Assembly (NCBI GenBank): GCA_023386445.1
Contig: JAEWJR010000087.1
Location: 1 to 40,000 of the forward strand
Source of the DNA: Bacillota bacterium
Lineage (GTDB): Bacteria; Bacillota; Clostridia; Acetivibrionales; DSM-1351
Length of the DNA stretch: 40,000 nt
Reading direction: 5' to 3'
The first letter of the stretch is position 1. Each line of letters opens with the position of its first letter. The notes beneath the pieces were generated by a model. It made no database searches, was not told where the DNA came from, and saw nothing but the letters and a program-made list of their open reading frames with translations. A program made the position numbers and the translations under genes. Positions 6,757 to 15,984 of this stretch are shown here, piece after piece.

Positions 6757-8745
6757 ATGGCAGATGAAGTAAATAACATAGCTGCACTGAAAGACAATTT
6801 TACATCGGCGCTCAATAATATGATGAAGCAGCAAAAAAATTTTAAAAGGGAGACTCAGGAACTGTACAAACAACTGGGAATGCTATATGGGAACAGGATG
6901 CAGCTAAAAGTTGATACAAAGGCGGCAGGAAAGAATCTGACAATGACCTTAAGGGAGGCTCAGAAAGAATATGAGAAAATGAATAAACAAATTCGTGCCG
7001 AGGCTTCAAAAAAAATCAAGTTACAATTTGATACTTCTGACACAAATAAAAATATAAAAAAATTTGAAAAAGATATTAAAAAAGTAGAAACAGATATAGA
7101 TAAAATCAACAAAAAGAAAGTAGACACTCAAGGTATGTCATCCGGAAGCGGAAAATCAATATTTGAGCCTATAAAAGGGATTGCCGGCAAAATATTTAAT
7201 ATCTTCAGCTATGTGACAGGAGCCGTAAACAGTGCTGCAAATACAGGTATATCGACGCTTAATATTGCAGGGCAGTTGGAGCAAACGCAAACAATTTTTG
7301 AAATGATGCTCAAAAACAACAAAAACGGGCAGAAGATGATTGAGGATTTAAAGGATTTCTCCATAAAATCACCTTTTGAATTTGGAGATCTGGCAAAGAC
7401 AACTCAAACTGCACTTTCCAAGGGATTTAAGCAGAATGATATGATAAGTCTGCTGCAGGATGCCGGTGATGCGGCCTCTGGTACTGGAAAAGGTCAGGAA
7501 GGTGTTGACAATATAATCAATGCGCTGGGTCAGATGCAAAGAAAAGGCAAGGCTTCAGCTCAGGAAATGGATATGCTGACCGATAACGGAATTGATGCAT
7601 GGGAATATGTGGCTAAGGGTATAAAAAAATCGGCTGACCAGGCAAAAAATCTTGCGGAAAAAGGGTTATTACCGGCCGATAAGGCAATTCAGGCAATCCG
7701 GAATGGTATGAGACAGGATTTCAGCGGCAATATGAATAAACAGTCAACAACGTTATTAGCTACGTTCGCAAAAATAAAGAAGTTTGTAACTTTAAATGTT
7801 CTGGGATCCTTCGGAGAAGGTATACGGCAGGGCATACTGCCAAGTCTTCAAAGGTTTACCGACAAGCTGGCCAAAAACGGGGCCGGAATGAAGTTGTTCA
7901 AACAGAATATCCAGAATGTTGGGAAATCGATAGGAGAATTTCTAGGAAACAATGCCGACAGGCTGGTAAACTTTTTTGAAAAGCTATTTAGCGATGAGCA
8001 GTTTCAAAAAGCGGATTTTGGAGAGAAAATCAAAATGACATTGGACAAGATTTATATCTCAATAAAAGCATGGTTTGATGGAGAGGGCGGAAGCAAGATT
8101 AAGGAAGCCTTTAAAAGCATGGCGGACGGTGCAATGCAAATTATATTAGTTGCAGCTACTGAATATATTCCTAAGTTTGGAGATTTGGGTTTGCAAATGG
8201 GTGGGGCAATGATTGAGGGGATAGCTTCAGCTTTTGATAGAAATTTCCCTGGATATGATTTTAGAGAATGGCGAAGGGAAAAATCAGCTCAACTAGATCA
8301 AAAATTATTTGATTCACTTAATAATTCTGGAATAGAAGAGTGGTTGCAAAAAAGAGACCCTAGTAGAAAGCAAAAACAAATTGAGTTAGTTCGTAAAAAG
8401 TTAAATAATCCTAAAGTTAGTAAAGAGGAAAAAGAAGATATAAAAAAATTCTATCCAGAGGCATACCAGATAGTAACAGGCAATACACCCTCCTCAAAAA
8501 ATTCAAAGTCTATGCCATATGCATTCGGCGTCAGCAGGGTTCCATACAACAATTACCCTGCACTGCTGCATGAGGGGGAGAGGGTTCTCACAAAGCAGGA
8601 AGCTAACAAAACGGCTGGGTTCTCCATAAACATTGCAAAGCTTGCCGACCATTTGGTAATAAGAGAAGAGGCCGACATTGAAAAAGTCACCGAAAGATTG
8701 GCTCTAAAGCTGTATAAATATAGCCTGAACACAGGAGGGGTATAG
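6757..8745 (+). CDS. tail tape measure protein
   Basis: 662-aa ORF with a coiled-coil N-terminus and a TP901-type core (FEFGDLAKTTQ...NALGQMQRKGKASAQEMDMLTDNGIDAWE). It is in the canonical position. Confidence 0.9.
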   Translation: MADEVNNIAALKDNFTSALNNMMKQQKNFKRETQELYKQLGMLYGNRMQLKVDTKAAGKNLTMTLREAQKEYEKMNKQIRAEASKKIKLQFDTSDTNKNIKKFEKDIKKVETDIDKINKKKVDTQGMSSGSGKSIFEPIKGIAGKIFNIFSYVTGAVNSAANTGISTLNIAGQLEQTQTIFEMMLKNNKNGQKMIEDLKDFSIKSPFEFGDLAKTTQTALSKGFKQNDMISLLQDAGDAASGTGKGQEGVDNIINALGQMQRKGKASAQEMDMLTDNGIDAWEYVAKGIKKSADQAKNLAEKGLLPADKAIQAIRNGMRQDFSGNMNKQSTTLLATFAKIKKFVTLNVLGSFGEGIRQGILPSLQRFTDKLAKNGAGMKLFKQNIQNVGKSIGEFLGNNADRLVNFFEKLFSDEQFQKADFGEKIKMTLDKIYISIKAWFDGEGGSKIKEAFKSMADGAMQIILVAATEYIPKFGDLGLQMGGAMIEGIASAFDRNFPGYDFREWRREKSAQLDQKLFDSLNNSGIEEWLQKRDPSRKQKQIELVRKKLNNPKVSKEEKEDIKKFYPEAYQIVTGNTPSSKNSKSMPYAFGVSRVPYNNYPALLHEGERVLTKQEANKTAGFSINIAKLADHLVIREEADIEKVTERLALKLYKYSLNTGGV

Positions 8746-8747
8746 TT

Positions 8748-9362
8748 ATGGAATTTTGGTTGTCATACAATAACAGGGAAGAGATTTTACGGCTGCCTGT
8801 ACCGCCTCAGGAATTCCAAATAAGCCATGGAACAAATGTCAATGTGCTTGATATTAACACCTTTGGCGAAATTGCCGTAATAGGCAGGGGGAAATTAGCC
8901 GAGCTTGAGATTTCGTCCTTTTTTCCGGCACAGGAATACTCATTTTGTGTATATAAAGGTCTTCCTGAACCCTATGACTGTGTGAACCTTATTAAAAAAT
9001 GGAAGGATACCCGGCGGCCCATAAGACTTACTATAACAGGAACAAATGTAAACCTCGCCTGTGCCATAGAAAATTTCAGCTATGGAGAGAAGGATTGTAC
9101 CGGGGATGTTTATTTCACTCTAAACTTAAAGGAATACAGGTTCCCCGGCGCTCCCGGTTCAAAAATCATACCTGAATTAAAGGCCGCCAAGAGACCGGCT
9201 GAAAAAGCAATTCCGAAGAAATACACTGTTAAAAGCGGGGATTGTCTCTGGGCAATAGCAAAAAAGCTATATGGGGATGGGAGTAAATACTCCATATTGC
9301 TAAGTAAGAATAAAATACCTGACCCAGATTTAATTTATCCAGGTCAGACATTGGTGGTGTAA
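8748..9362 (+). CDS. LysM-domain tail protein (XkdP-like)
   Basis: 204-aa ORF with a C-terminal LysM motif, YTVKSGDCLWAIAKKLYGDGSKYSILLSKNKIPDPDLIYPGQTLVV. Confidence 0.85.
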   Translation: MEFWLSYNNREEILRLPVPPQEFQISHGTNVNVLDINTFGEIAVIGRGKLAELEISSFFPAQEYSFCVYKGLPEPYDCVNLIKKWKDTRRPIRLTITGTNVNLACAIENFSYGEKDCTGDVYFTLNLKEYRFPGAPGSKIIPELKAAKRPAEKAIPKKYTVKSGDCLWAIAKKLYGDGSKYSILLSKNKIPDPDLIYPGQTLVV

Positions 9363-9365
9363 AGG

Positions 9366-10376
9366 ATGAAGATTTTCGTTAAGAATTCCAAAACCAGCAG
9401 AGACATAACGGAACTTGTTGTTCGCATTACATGGAGCGGTTCATATTCACAGGTGGCAAGAAAGCTTGATATAACGGTTGCGTCATCCTGGACAGATTAT
9501 TATTTGCCGAAGGTTAATATTGAACTTGGTAATATTATTGAACTTCAACTTGGAAATAGTGTACTTTTCCAAGGGTACGTATTCGTAAAAACAAGGTCAG
9601 GCAAAGGAGATGCGCTTGAAATAACAGCTTATGACAGTGCCATATATCTTTTAAAAAACAAAGCTTCCTACAACTTTAAAAGGACCACGGCAGAACGTAT
9701 AGCAGCCGGTATATGCGCTGATTTCGGCATACAGGCCGGGGAATTTGCAGGCACAGGAATAGTACAAAGCTTTATTCCCATCGGTGAAACCTGCTATGAC
9801 ATAATAATCAAAGCATACAACAAAGCTTCCGAACAAAACGGTAAAAAATACATGGTTATAATGGACGGCAATAAGCTTTCTGTTATTCAGAAGGGCAGCT
9901 TGGCAATTGACTGTATACTTTATGACAGCAGAGACATAACAGACAGTACCTATAGCGAAAGTCTCGAGGATATGATAAATACCGTAAAAATAGTTGACGC
10001 AAATGGAAACCTGTCCGGGACGGTAATTGAAGCTGAATGGGTAAAAGCCTTCGGGCGTCTGGAGGATGTTTACCGGAAAGAAGAGGGTACAAATCCAGCT
10101 GTGGCTGCCAAGGCAATGCTTCATGGAATTACAAGAACCGGAACCGTAAATGCTGTTGGAAATGTTGACTGTATAACCGGGTACCTGGTTGGAGTAAAGG
10201 ATATATATTCGGACACCATACAGGGCTTTGTTATAGATTCCGATACCCACACCTGGGAAAATGGAGCATACACCATGCAGCTTGAATTGAATTTTGATGA
10301 TGTTATGAATGAAAAAACGTATATGAGTAAAAAGAAGAAAAAAAGCTCCAATATTTCTAAGCATTGGGACATGTGA
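9366..10376 (+). CDS. baseplate hub / late-control-D-like protein (XkdQ-like)
   Basis: 336-aa ORF. Size and synteny match xkdQ, after the LysM protein and before the small baseplate genes. Confidence 0.7.
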   Translation: MKIFVKNSKTSRDITELVVRITWSGSYSQVARKLDITVASSWTDYYLPKVNIELGNIIELQLGNSVLFQGYVFVKTRSGKGDALEITAYDSAIYLLKNKASYNFKRTTAERIAAGICADFGIQAGEFAGTGIVQSFIPIGETCYDIIIKAYNKASEQNGKKYMVIMDGNKLSVIQKGSLAIDCILYDSRDITDSTYSESLEDMINTVKIVDANGNLSGTVIEAEWVKAFGRLEDVYRKEEGTNPAVAAKAMLHGITRTGTVNAVGNVDCITGYLVGVKDIYSDTIQGFVIDSDTHTWENGAYTMQLELNFDDVMNEKTYMSKKKKKSSNISKHWDM

Positions 10377-10386
10377 GGGTGAAAGA

Positions 10387-10647
10387 ATGGATGATCCTTT
10401 TAAATTAATAATTGATGTAATGAGGAAGGAGGGGAGTATATACAACCCTCCTTCAGTGATGCTGGGGAAAGTAATAAACCCGGCTCCCGATTTATTGATC
10501 AGTGTCAACGGTCTGCAGCTTGACAAGGATGATCTGAAAGCTGCGGAATACCTGACAGGCTCTTTAAAAAACGGTGATGAGGTGGTAATACTCCCCGCGG
10601 CAGACAAAAAAGTATTTCTTATAATATGCAAGGTGGTGAGTTTATGA
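10387..10647 (+). CDS. small baseplate protein (XkdR-like)
   Basis: 86-aa ORF with an RBS. The assignment is by synteny with xkdR. Confidence 0.6.
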   Translation: MDDPFKLIIDVMRKEGSIYNPPSVMLGKVINPAPDLLISVNGLQLDKDDLKAAEYLTGSLKNGDEVVILPAADKKVFLIICKVVSL

Positions 10648-11069
10648 GTATATTTCCAGCTGTAGAAGAAGGGCAGGCGGAGGAAGTTCAGGAAATAGCG
10701 GATAGCGTTGTTTTAAGGGAGTATGCCTGGGACTTTATACGTAATGATTTTATATTTGAAAACGGCAGACAAAAGATTGCAGAAGGCCTGGAGGCATTAA
10801 AAATATGGGCGTACAAGGCTTTGGTAACAGAAAGGTATAAGTACCTGGCATATAGCTGGGATTATGGGCAGGAGATTGCAAATTTGATTGGCAGCAATAT
10901 ATCTTCAGAATTTGTTAAAAGTGAAGTGAAAAGGTACATCGAAGAAGCATTTTCGGTCAACCCGCATATCAAGGGAATAAAAAATCTCTCAACAGCAATT
11001 GAAGAGGATACAATCTCCGTTGATTTTACAATTTTAAGTGATTTAGGGGAGGTGGATATAAATGTATGA
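10644..11069 (+). CDS. baseplate wedge protein (XkdS-like, gp25/W-like)
   Basis: ORF 10626..11069 trimmed to ATG 10644, which forms an ATGA overlap with the previous stop. It lies directly upstream of the baseplate J gene. Confidence 0.65.
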   Translation: MSIFPAVEEGQAEEVQEIADSVVLREYAWDFIRNDFIFENGRQKIAEGLEALKIWAYKALVTERYKYLAYSWDYGQEIANLIGSNISSEFVKSEVKRYIEEAFSVNPHIKGIKNLSTAIEEDTISVDFTILSDLGEVDINV

Positions 11070-12111
11070 AGCCCAAACAGAGGAAGCAATAAAGCAAAGG
11101 ATGTTAGGCAGGATCAGCACTGATATAGACAAATCGGAAGGATCTTTTGTAAATGATGCGGTTGCACCTGTTTCTGTGGAACTGGCTCAAAGCTATATAC
11201 AGCTGGAAAGATTGCTGGCGCTGGCTTTTGCACAGACCTCATCAGGAAACTATCTGGACATGAGAGCCGGGGAATACGGGATAAGCCGTAATATGGGGGC
11301 AAGAGCAGCCGGTAGTGTCAGGTTTACAGGGAATAACGGAGTAGAAATACCTGTCGGCACTCAGATACAAACCGGCGGAGGACTTATCTATACAACAACC
11401 GACAGTGGAATTTTAACAGAAGGAATACTGGATTTGCAGGTTACTGCCGAGGATATAGGGATAAAATACAATGTGCCGTCAGGAAGCCTGATTCAATTGC
11501 CTGTACAGGTAGTAGGAATAACCGGGGTAACAAATATTGAACCAATTACAGGCGGAAGTGATATAGAAAGTGATCAGAGCCTGCTGCAAAGATTGTTGAT
11601 TAAGGTTAGGATGCCTTCAACATCCGGGAATGCCAACGATTATAAGTTGTGGGCTTTAAGTGTGGGCGGTATAGGTGACGCAAAAGTATTTCCCGTATGG
11701 GACGGCCCCGGAACAGTGAAAGTAATTGTTATTGATACAGAAAAGAAGCCGGCTAATATGAATCTTGTGTCAAGTGTTTCCGGGGTGATTGAAAACAACA
11801 GGCCTATTGGTGCCAAAGTAGATGTAGCTGCAGCACAACCGCTTATCATAGATATCAATGTTACAGTAGTAAAAGATTCCTCCCCTATCTTGGAGCAGAT
11901 AAAAGCGGAAGTTGCTGTAAAAGTCGGCGATTATTTAAAATCAATTGCTTTCAGACAGAGCTACGTGAGCTATGCACAGGTCGGTAATGCCATAATGCAG
12001 AGCAGCGGTATTGAGGATTACTCAAACCTGTTGGTAAATAACGGTTCTGCCAATATAACAGTAGGAGCAGAAGAGGTAGCAATTGTCGGGATGGTGACTG
12101 TAAATGAATAA
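11062..12111 (+). CDS. baseplate J-like protein (XkdT-like)
   Basis: 349-aa ORF. The N-terminus MYEAQTEEAIKQRMLGRISTDIDKSEGSFVNDAVAPVSVELAQ is typical of the Baseplate_J family. Confidence 0.9.
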   Translation: MYEAQTEEAIKQRMLGRISTDIDKSEGSFVNDAVAPVSVELAQSYIQLERLLALAFAQTSSGNYLDMRAGEYGISRNMGARAAGSVRFTGNNGVEIPVGTQIQTGGGLIYTTTDSGILTEGILDLQVTAEDIGIKYNVPSGSLIQLPVQVVGITGVTNIEPITGGSDIESDQSLLQRLLIKVRMPSTSGNANDYKLWALSVGGIGDAKVFPVWDGPGTVKVIVIDTEKKPANMNLVSSVSGVIENNRPIGAKVDVAAAQPLIIDINVTVVKDSSPILEQIKAEVAVKVGDYLKSIAFRQSYVSYAQVGNAIMQSSGIEDYSNLLVNNGSANITVGAEEVAIVGMVTVNE

Positions 12112-12643
12112 AGCTGATACTTTAAAATCCTATATACCTGAGCTTATTCTTAAGAGTAAGGTATTTAATGAAATATATGATACTCAAGGCACCGAGCTTG
12201 ATTCCTTGTGGGAATCAATTAACAGCATCCTGGACCAGTGTTTTGTTGATAAAGCTACCTGGGGACTAAAATTCTGGGAGGAATTTCTCGGTATACCTGT
12301 TGATGAGACAAGGGAGACAGACTTCCGGCGCGGGGTGGTCAAATCGAAAATACGTGGGGTTGGTACCGTAACAGTAAAACTGATGCAAACTGTTGCCCAA
12401 AGCTATGATAACGGAGAAATAAATATTATCGAAAATGCTGGTGAATACAGCTTTACAGTGAAATTTACCGGCATCAAGGGTATCCCTCCCAATCTGGACG
12501 ACCTGAAAAAAGCAATTGAAGAAATAAAGCCGGCCCATTTGCAAGTTATGTATACATTCAAATACAACATGTGGGATTATGTAAAAACACTGACATGGAA
12601 GCAAGTAAAAGAAAATACATGGGAAAACCTGAAAGTGAGGTAA
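12104..12643 (+). CDS. tail protein XkdU-like (DUF2313-type)
   Basis: 179-aa ORF overlapping the end of the baseplate J gene. The motif LPELIL..KVFNEIYDTQGTELD..W and the synteny both fit. Confidence 0.7.
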   Translation: MNKADTLKSYIPELILKSKVFNEIYDTQGTELDSLWESINSILDQCFVDKATWGLKFWEEFLGIPVDETRETDFRRGVVKSKIRGVGTVTVKLMQTVAQSYDNGEINIIENAGEYSFTVKFTGIKGIPPNLDDLKKAIEEIKPAHLQVMYTFKYNMWDYVKTLTWKQVKENTWENLKVR

Positions 12644-12647
12644 TGAG

Positions 12648-14066
12648 ATGTCGACAAACACAACCAATTATAACCTTGAAAAACCCGGCCTCAATGAGAC
12701 TGCCGATATTGAAGTAATCAATCAAAACATGGACATAATTGACACCGGCCTGAAAAATGTAAGTGATAAGGCCGACGGAAAAATCAGCAAGTCCCTGGCG
12801 ACTGCTGCAAATCAGTTCCTGCTGTCATCCTCGGTAGGACAGTTTGTTGTAAAAACTGTTGATGAAATAAAGTCTTTGCTTGGACTGAAGGGGGCAGCAG
12901 AGAAGGAATTTAACTCTGCTGGTGGTGTCGCTTCATATGATGCAGTTCAATCGCATTTGTCGGATTACGTGAGGCAGCCGGGGTATGCAATAGCAACAGG
13001 AAGTGTCAATTCATATGCTGTAACCTTAAGCCCGGCACCGACATCCTACATAGATGGAATGGGCATAGTTGTAAAAATCAGTGTAGCTAATACGGGTGCT
13101 GCGACAATCAATATTAATGGTCTTGGGGCAAAGCCTATGGTTGATGGTAAGGGCAATACTCTTACTTCCGGCAAGCTCAGGCTGAACGGTACCTATTCGC
13201 TCAAGTATAATTCCACATCAGGAAATTTTATATTACAGGGTAGCGATTCTTCCGGCGATGCTACTCCTGCTGATTTACTTGCCGGGAAAACTGCGAGCAC
13301 GGATGCAGGAGATATAACAGGAACAATGGCGTATAAAGCAGGTGCTTTTCCCGGTGGTGCGGCGGGAACTGATGGCAATGGCAATGTATCAATACCCATT
13401 ACCTCTGATGGGTACTATCCGGTTGGAGCAAGTGTATACTCATGGGATGGTGATTTTATCGCAGCAAATATCAGAGCAGATAGAAATATATATGGGTTAC
13501 AGGGTTCTATTCCTGTCAGAACCAATACCGATACAGGAGGCTCATATCCAGCAGCTGTAAATGATAGTGTTTACGACAGTAATATATATCTGATGCCTCC
13601 CGCAGGGTATTATGATGGCAACGTATGGGTGCATAGAGAACTGCCTGGATTAATAGCTGCAAACATTCGCCAAGGTGTTACAATTGGTACTGGTGGCAGT
13701 GGCAAGATTGTGGGAAGCTTTGCAGGCAAATCATGGTATCAAGGAACGGCAACAGCTGTTGGCAACATGGTTTTTTGGTACAATGATAATTCCTCTATGA
13801 ATGGGGCTGGTATAGAAGTACCGTTGAATTTGACATTTACTCCCAAAACTATACTTTTATGGCAGGCAAGTGGCCCGCAGGCGGGACAGCTTTGGTCTTT
13901 TTCAACAGATGAAGCAATCTACACAAATGGTAGATATCCTGAGGTAATGGCAAGATGGGGACGAGGATTTGCACGCGAAGGCACATATTGTTATATGGTG
14001 AGTACAGGTATTAGATTTCCTACTCCATCAGCAGGCTTTGAATATACATTTTTATTAATTGGTTAA
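12648..14066 (+). CDS. tail fibre / receptor-binding protein
   Basis: 472-aa ORF. The N-terminus TTNYNLEKPGLNETADIEVINQNMDIID is typical of phage fibre anchors. The middle is Gly/Ser/Thr-rich and the C-terminal domain is distinct. Confidence 0.75.
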   Translation: MSTNTTNYNLEKPGLNETADIEVINQNMDIIDTGLKNVSDKADGKISKSLATAANQFLLSSSVGQFVVKTVDEIKSLLGLKGAAEKEFNSAGGVASYDAVQSHLSDYVRQPGYAIATGSVNSYAVTLSPAPTSYIDGMGIVVKISVANTGAATININGLGAKPMVDGKGNTLTSGKLRLNGTYSLKYNSTSGNFILQGSDSSGDATPADLLAGKTASTDAGDITGTMAYKAGAFPGGAAGTDGNGNVSIPITSDGYYPVGASVYSWDGDFIAANIRADRNIYGLQGSIPVRTNTDTGGSYPAAVNDSVYDSNIYLMPPAGYYDGNVWVHRELPGLIAANIRQGVTIGTGGSGKIVGSFAGKSWYQGTATAVGNMVFWYNDNSSMNGAGIEVPLNLTFTPKTILLWQASGPQAGQLWSFSTDEAIYTNGRYPEVMARWGRGFAREGTYCYMVSTGIRFPTPSAGFEYTFLLIG

Positions 14067-14084
14067 TAAAGGAGGATGAATATT

Positions 14085-14369
14085 ATGCGAACTTTAGTAA
14101 TTTTTGATGAGGCAGGCTTTATAGTTAACCAAATGCGAGGTAGCGATTTAAGGGAGCCTGTCGGAATACCATTTTTATGGATTGAAATACCCGAAGGAAA
14201 ATATTTAAAAAGTATTGACGTAAGCGGAACAGAACATAAACCAGTATATGTGGATTTACCAAAATCAGAAACGCAAAAGCTACAAGAACTGGTCAACCAG
14301 CTAATAGTGGACAATCTGAACATGCAACAACAGATTGATACCTTAATAACAACAGGATTGGGGGTGTAA
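14085..14369 (+). CDS. hypothetical protein in the XkdW position
   Basis: ORF 14076..14369. ATG 14085 has better spacing from GGAGG (14071-14075). The C-terminus is a coiled coil. The assignment is by position only. Confidence 0.45.
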   Translation: MRTLVIFDEAGFIVNQMRGSDLREPVGIPFLWIEIPEGKYLKSIDVSGTEHKPVYVDLPKSETQKLQELVNQLIVDNLNMQQQIDTLITTGLGV

Positions 14370-14371
14370 AA

Positions 14372-14488
14372 ATGTTTGAGAGACTGAATTATTTATATCA
14401 TGCAGGTAAGCTTACGGCAGAACAGTTAGACATAGCAGTATCAAAGGTTTGGATTACAGCAGAACAAAAAACAGAAATAATCGGATAA
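14372..14488 (+). CDS. XkdX-family small phage protein
   Basis: 38-codon ORF not in the supplied track: MFERLNYLYHAGKLTAEQLDIAVSKVWITAEQKTEIIG. It matches my recollection of the XkdX pattern (Y...G..T.EQ......G.IT.EQ..EI.G) and sits in the XkdX position. Confidence 0.7.
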   Translation: MFERLNYLYHAGKLTAEQLDIAVSKVWITAEQKTEIIG

Positions 14489-15160
14489 GGATAATATAGC
14501 GAAATAAAAGGAGGTAGTATAAGTGACAGAACATATTAACAAAGGAAGCGAATCAACAGAAAAAGGAATGGCTGTCCTGGGTAGAGCAGAAGAACAGCCA
14601 ACAGTAATAAATTTTTCAACTAATATTACTATGAATACAGAGATCTCTTTAAGTAAGATAGTAAACAATATTAGTCTCGTGCTCCAAAGGAAATTCCTAC
14701 AATGGTCTGTAAATAAGATGAGAAATTTTATTTTTGACCGACTATTTGTGTTTGCATAGGGTGTAATGATTGCATTTTGGAGGACAATCGCTGAGGAATC
14801 ACTTATTAGTTTGAGATCTTTATTCTCTCCCGATAATTTCTCAATTTGATTGTTTCTACCAATAAAGCAATTTTCAATTATAATTTTGGTTATCGTTGCA
14901 GATGGGTCAGAAGGTATTTCATCATCCTTTACGTCGGATAAGCCAATTATCTTTCCTTCAATCATACCGAAATTAGTAAATATCATTACAGTTGTATCAG
15001 CAGATGTTGAAAGGCCTTCTATTTTACCAGATGTTAAGGTGTTTATAGTTACATTTATACTATCTAATGTAATAGATTTTAAATCTATGCGGTCTTTTAA
15101 TAGTTTAGGTAACTCATTTTTATTCACAAGTATCACTTCCCTTCCAGAAAATTCTATCAC
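14441..15160 (-). CDS. hypothetical protein on the opposite strand to the tail operon (uncertain extent)
   Basis: 239-aa ORF. The N-terminal 135 aa or so look protein-like and beta-rich (SINVTINTLTSGKIEGLSTSADTTVMIFTNFGMIEGKIIGLSDVKDDE). The C-terminal 100 aa are F/C/L-rich and overlap XkdX and the + ORF. It has a GTG start with no recognisable RBS. The segment is AT-rich. Confidence 0.3.
   Translation of the reverse strand: MIEFSGREVILVNKNELPKLLKDRIDLKSITLDSINVTINTLTSGKIEGLSTSADTTVMIFTNFGMIEGKIIGLSDVKDDEIPSDPSATITKIIIENCFIGRNNQIEKLSGENKDLKLISDSSAIVLQNAIITPYANTNSRSKIKFLILFTDHCRNFLWSTRLILFTILLKEISVFIVILVEKFITVGCSSALPRTAIPFSVDSLPLLICSVTYTTSFYFAILSLSDYFCFLFCCNPNL
14523..14759 (+). CDS. hypothetical small protein (uncertain; conflicts with the antisense ORF)
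   Basis: GTG start with a strong AAAGGAGG 7 nt upstream. 78 aa with a hydrophilic N-terminus. It overlaps entirely the 3' part of the minus-strand ORF 14441..15160. Confidence 0.3.
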   Translation: MTEHINKGSESTEKGMAVLGRAEEQPTVINFSTNITMNTEISLSKIVNNISLVLQRKFLQWSVNKMRNFIFDRLFVFA

Positions 15161-15296
15161 TAGGGAAGGAATTCGACAATGTGAAGATTAATAAAATGTG
15201 TAATTAATGTATAAAATTTAAAAGCACGGACTAAAAGGATTACTCAATAATGGGTAGTCCTTTGTTTATTACAAAAATCATGAAAGGGTGAGACAA

Positions 15297-15983
15297 ATGA
15301 AACAAGAAGGCAAATTCATTTTAATGGACCGGGATGAACTCAGGGTTTACATTGAAGGGCTGAAGGGAGCTAAGACCTTCAAAACTATCCAGCAGCATCA
15401 TACGGCAAGTCCGGCATATAAGGACGTTAAAAACAACCATTTTCAGTTAATGAAGGGTATGGAAAATTATCATGTCGGCACACTGAAAATGAGTGAAATA
15501 GCCCAGCACTTCAGCGCATTTCCTGATGGAACCATATGTGCAGGCCGGCCGCTTACAAAAGATGGCGGAGGGTTCCTGAATCCACTTAATAAGGACTCAA
15601 TAACTACTGAGAACGTTGGGAACTTTGATTCTGATATTATGACAGAGGATCAAACGCAAAGTATCATATTGCTGAATGCTCTTCTGTGCAAAAAGTTCAA
15701 TATAGTTCCTTCCACTTCAACGCTGATATATCATTGCTGGGTGCAAAACAAGTCGTGCCCGGGACTGAAATGGTTCGAAGGAAATACCAGGACAGCTGCG
15801 GAGAGATATTTTATACCTCTTATAAAAGCGGCAATGGAAGAGCCCATGACTTTTGAGCAAGCATTAGACATTGTTTCAAGGAAAGTAAATACGGTATATC
15901 CATACTGGCTTAAAAGAAGGGATATAGATCCGGCATTTTCAGCCTTAATTATAAAAGTTGCAAAAGCGTTTGGAGGTGAGTAG
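15297..15983 (+). CDS. N-acetylmuramoyl-L-alanine amidase (Amidase_2/PGRP-type endolysin)
   Basis: ORF 15288..15983, with ATG 15297 preferred. The motifs QQHHTAS, TENVGNFD and IYHCW..NKSCPG fit the amidase_2 fold. The holin gene follows. Confidence 0.8.
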   Translation: MKQEGKFILMDRDELRVYIEGLKGAKTFKTIQQHHTASPAYKDVKNNHFQLMKGMENYHVGTLKMSEIAQHFSAFPDGTICAGRPLTKDGGGFLNPLNKDSITTENVGNFDSDIMTEDQTQSIILLNALLCKKFNIVPSTSTLIYHCWVQNKSCPGLKWFEGNTRTAAERYFIPLIKAAMEEPMTFEQALDIVSRKVNTVYPYWLKRRDIDPAFSALIIKVAKAFGGE

Positions 15984-15984
15984 C

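Noticed and set aside
6312-6815. 167-aa minus-strand ORF across the chaperone to tape-measure junction
   Set aside because: It is antisense to the chaperone gene and to the frameshift extension. It has no RBS and a junk-like sequence.
9651-10631. Very long (326 aa) minus-strand ORF
   Set aside because: It lies entirely antisense to three syntenic, well-supported baseplate genes. Its translation is F/Y/C/S-rich and low-complexity, and it has no RBS. This is a typical shadow ORF.
12266-12667. 133-aa minus-strand ORF
   Set aside because: It is antisense to the XkdU-like gene and to the fibre gene start; a shadow ORF.
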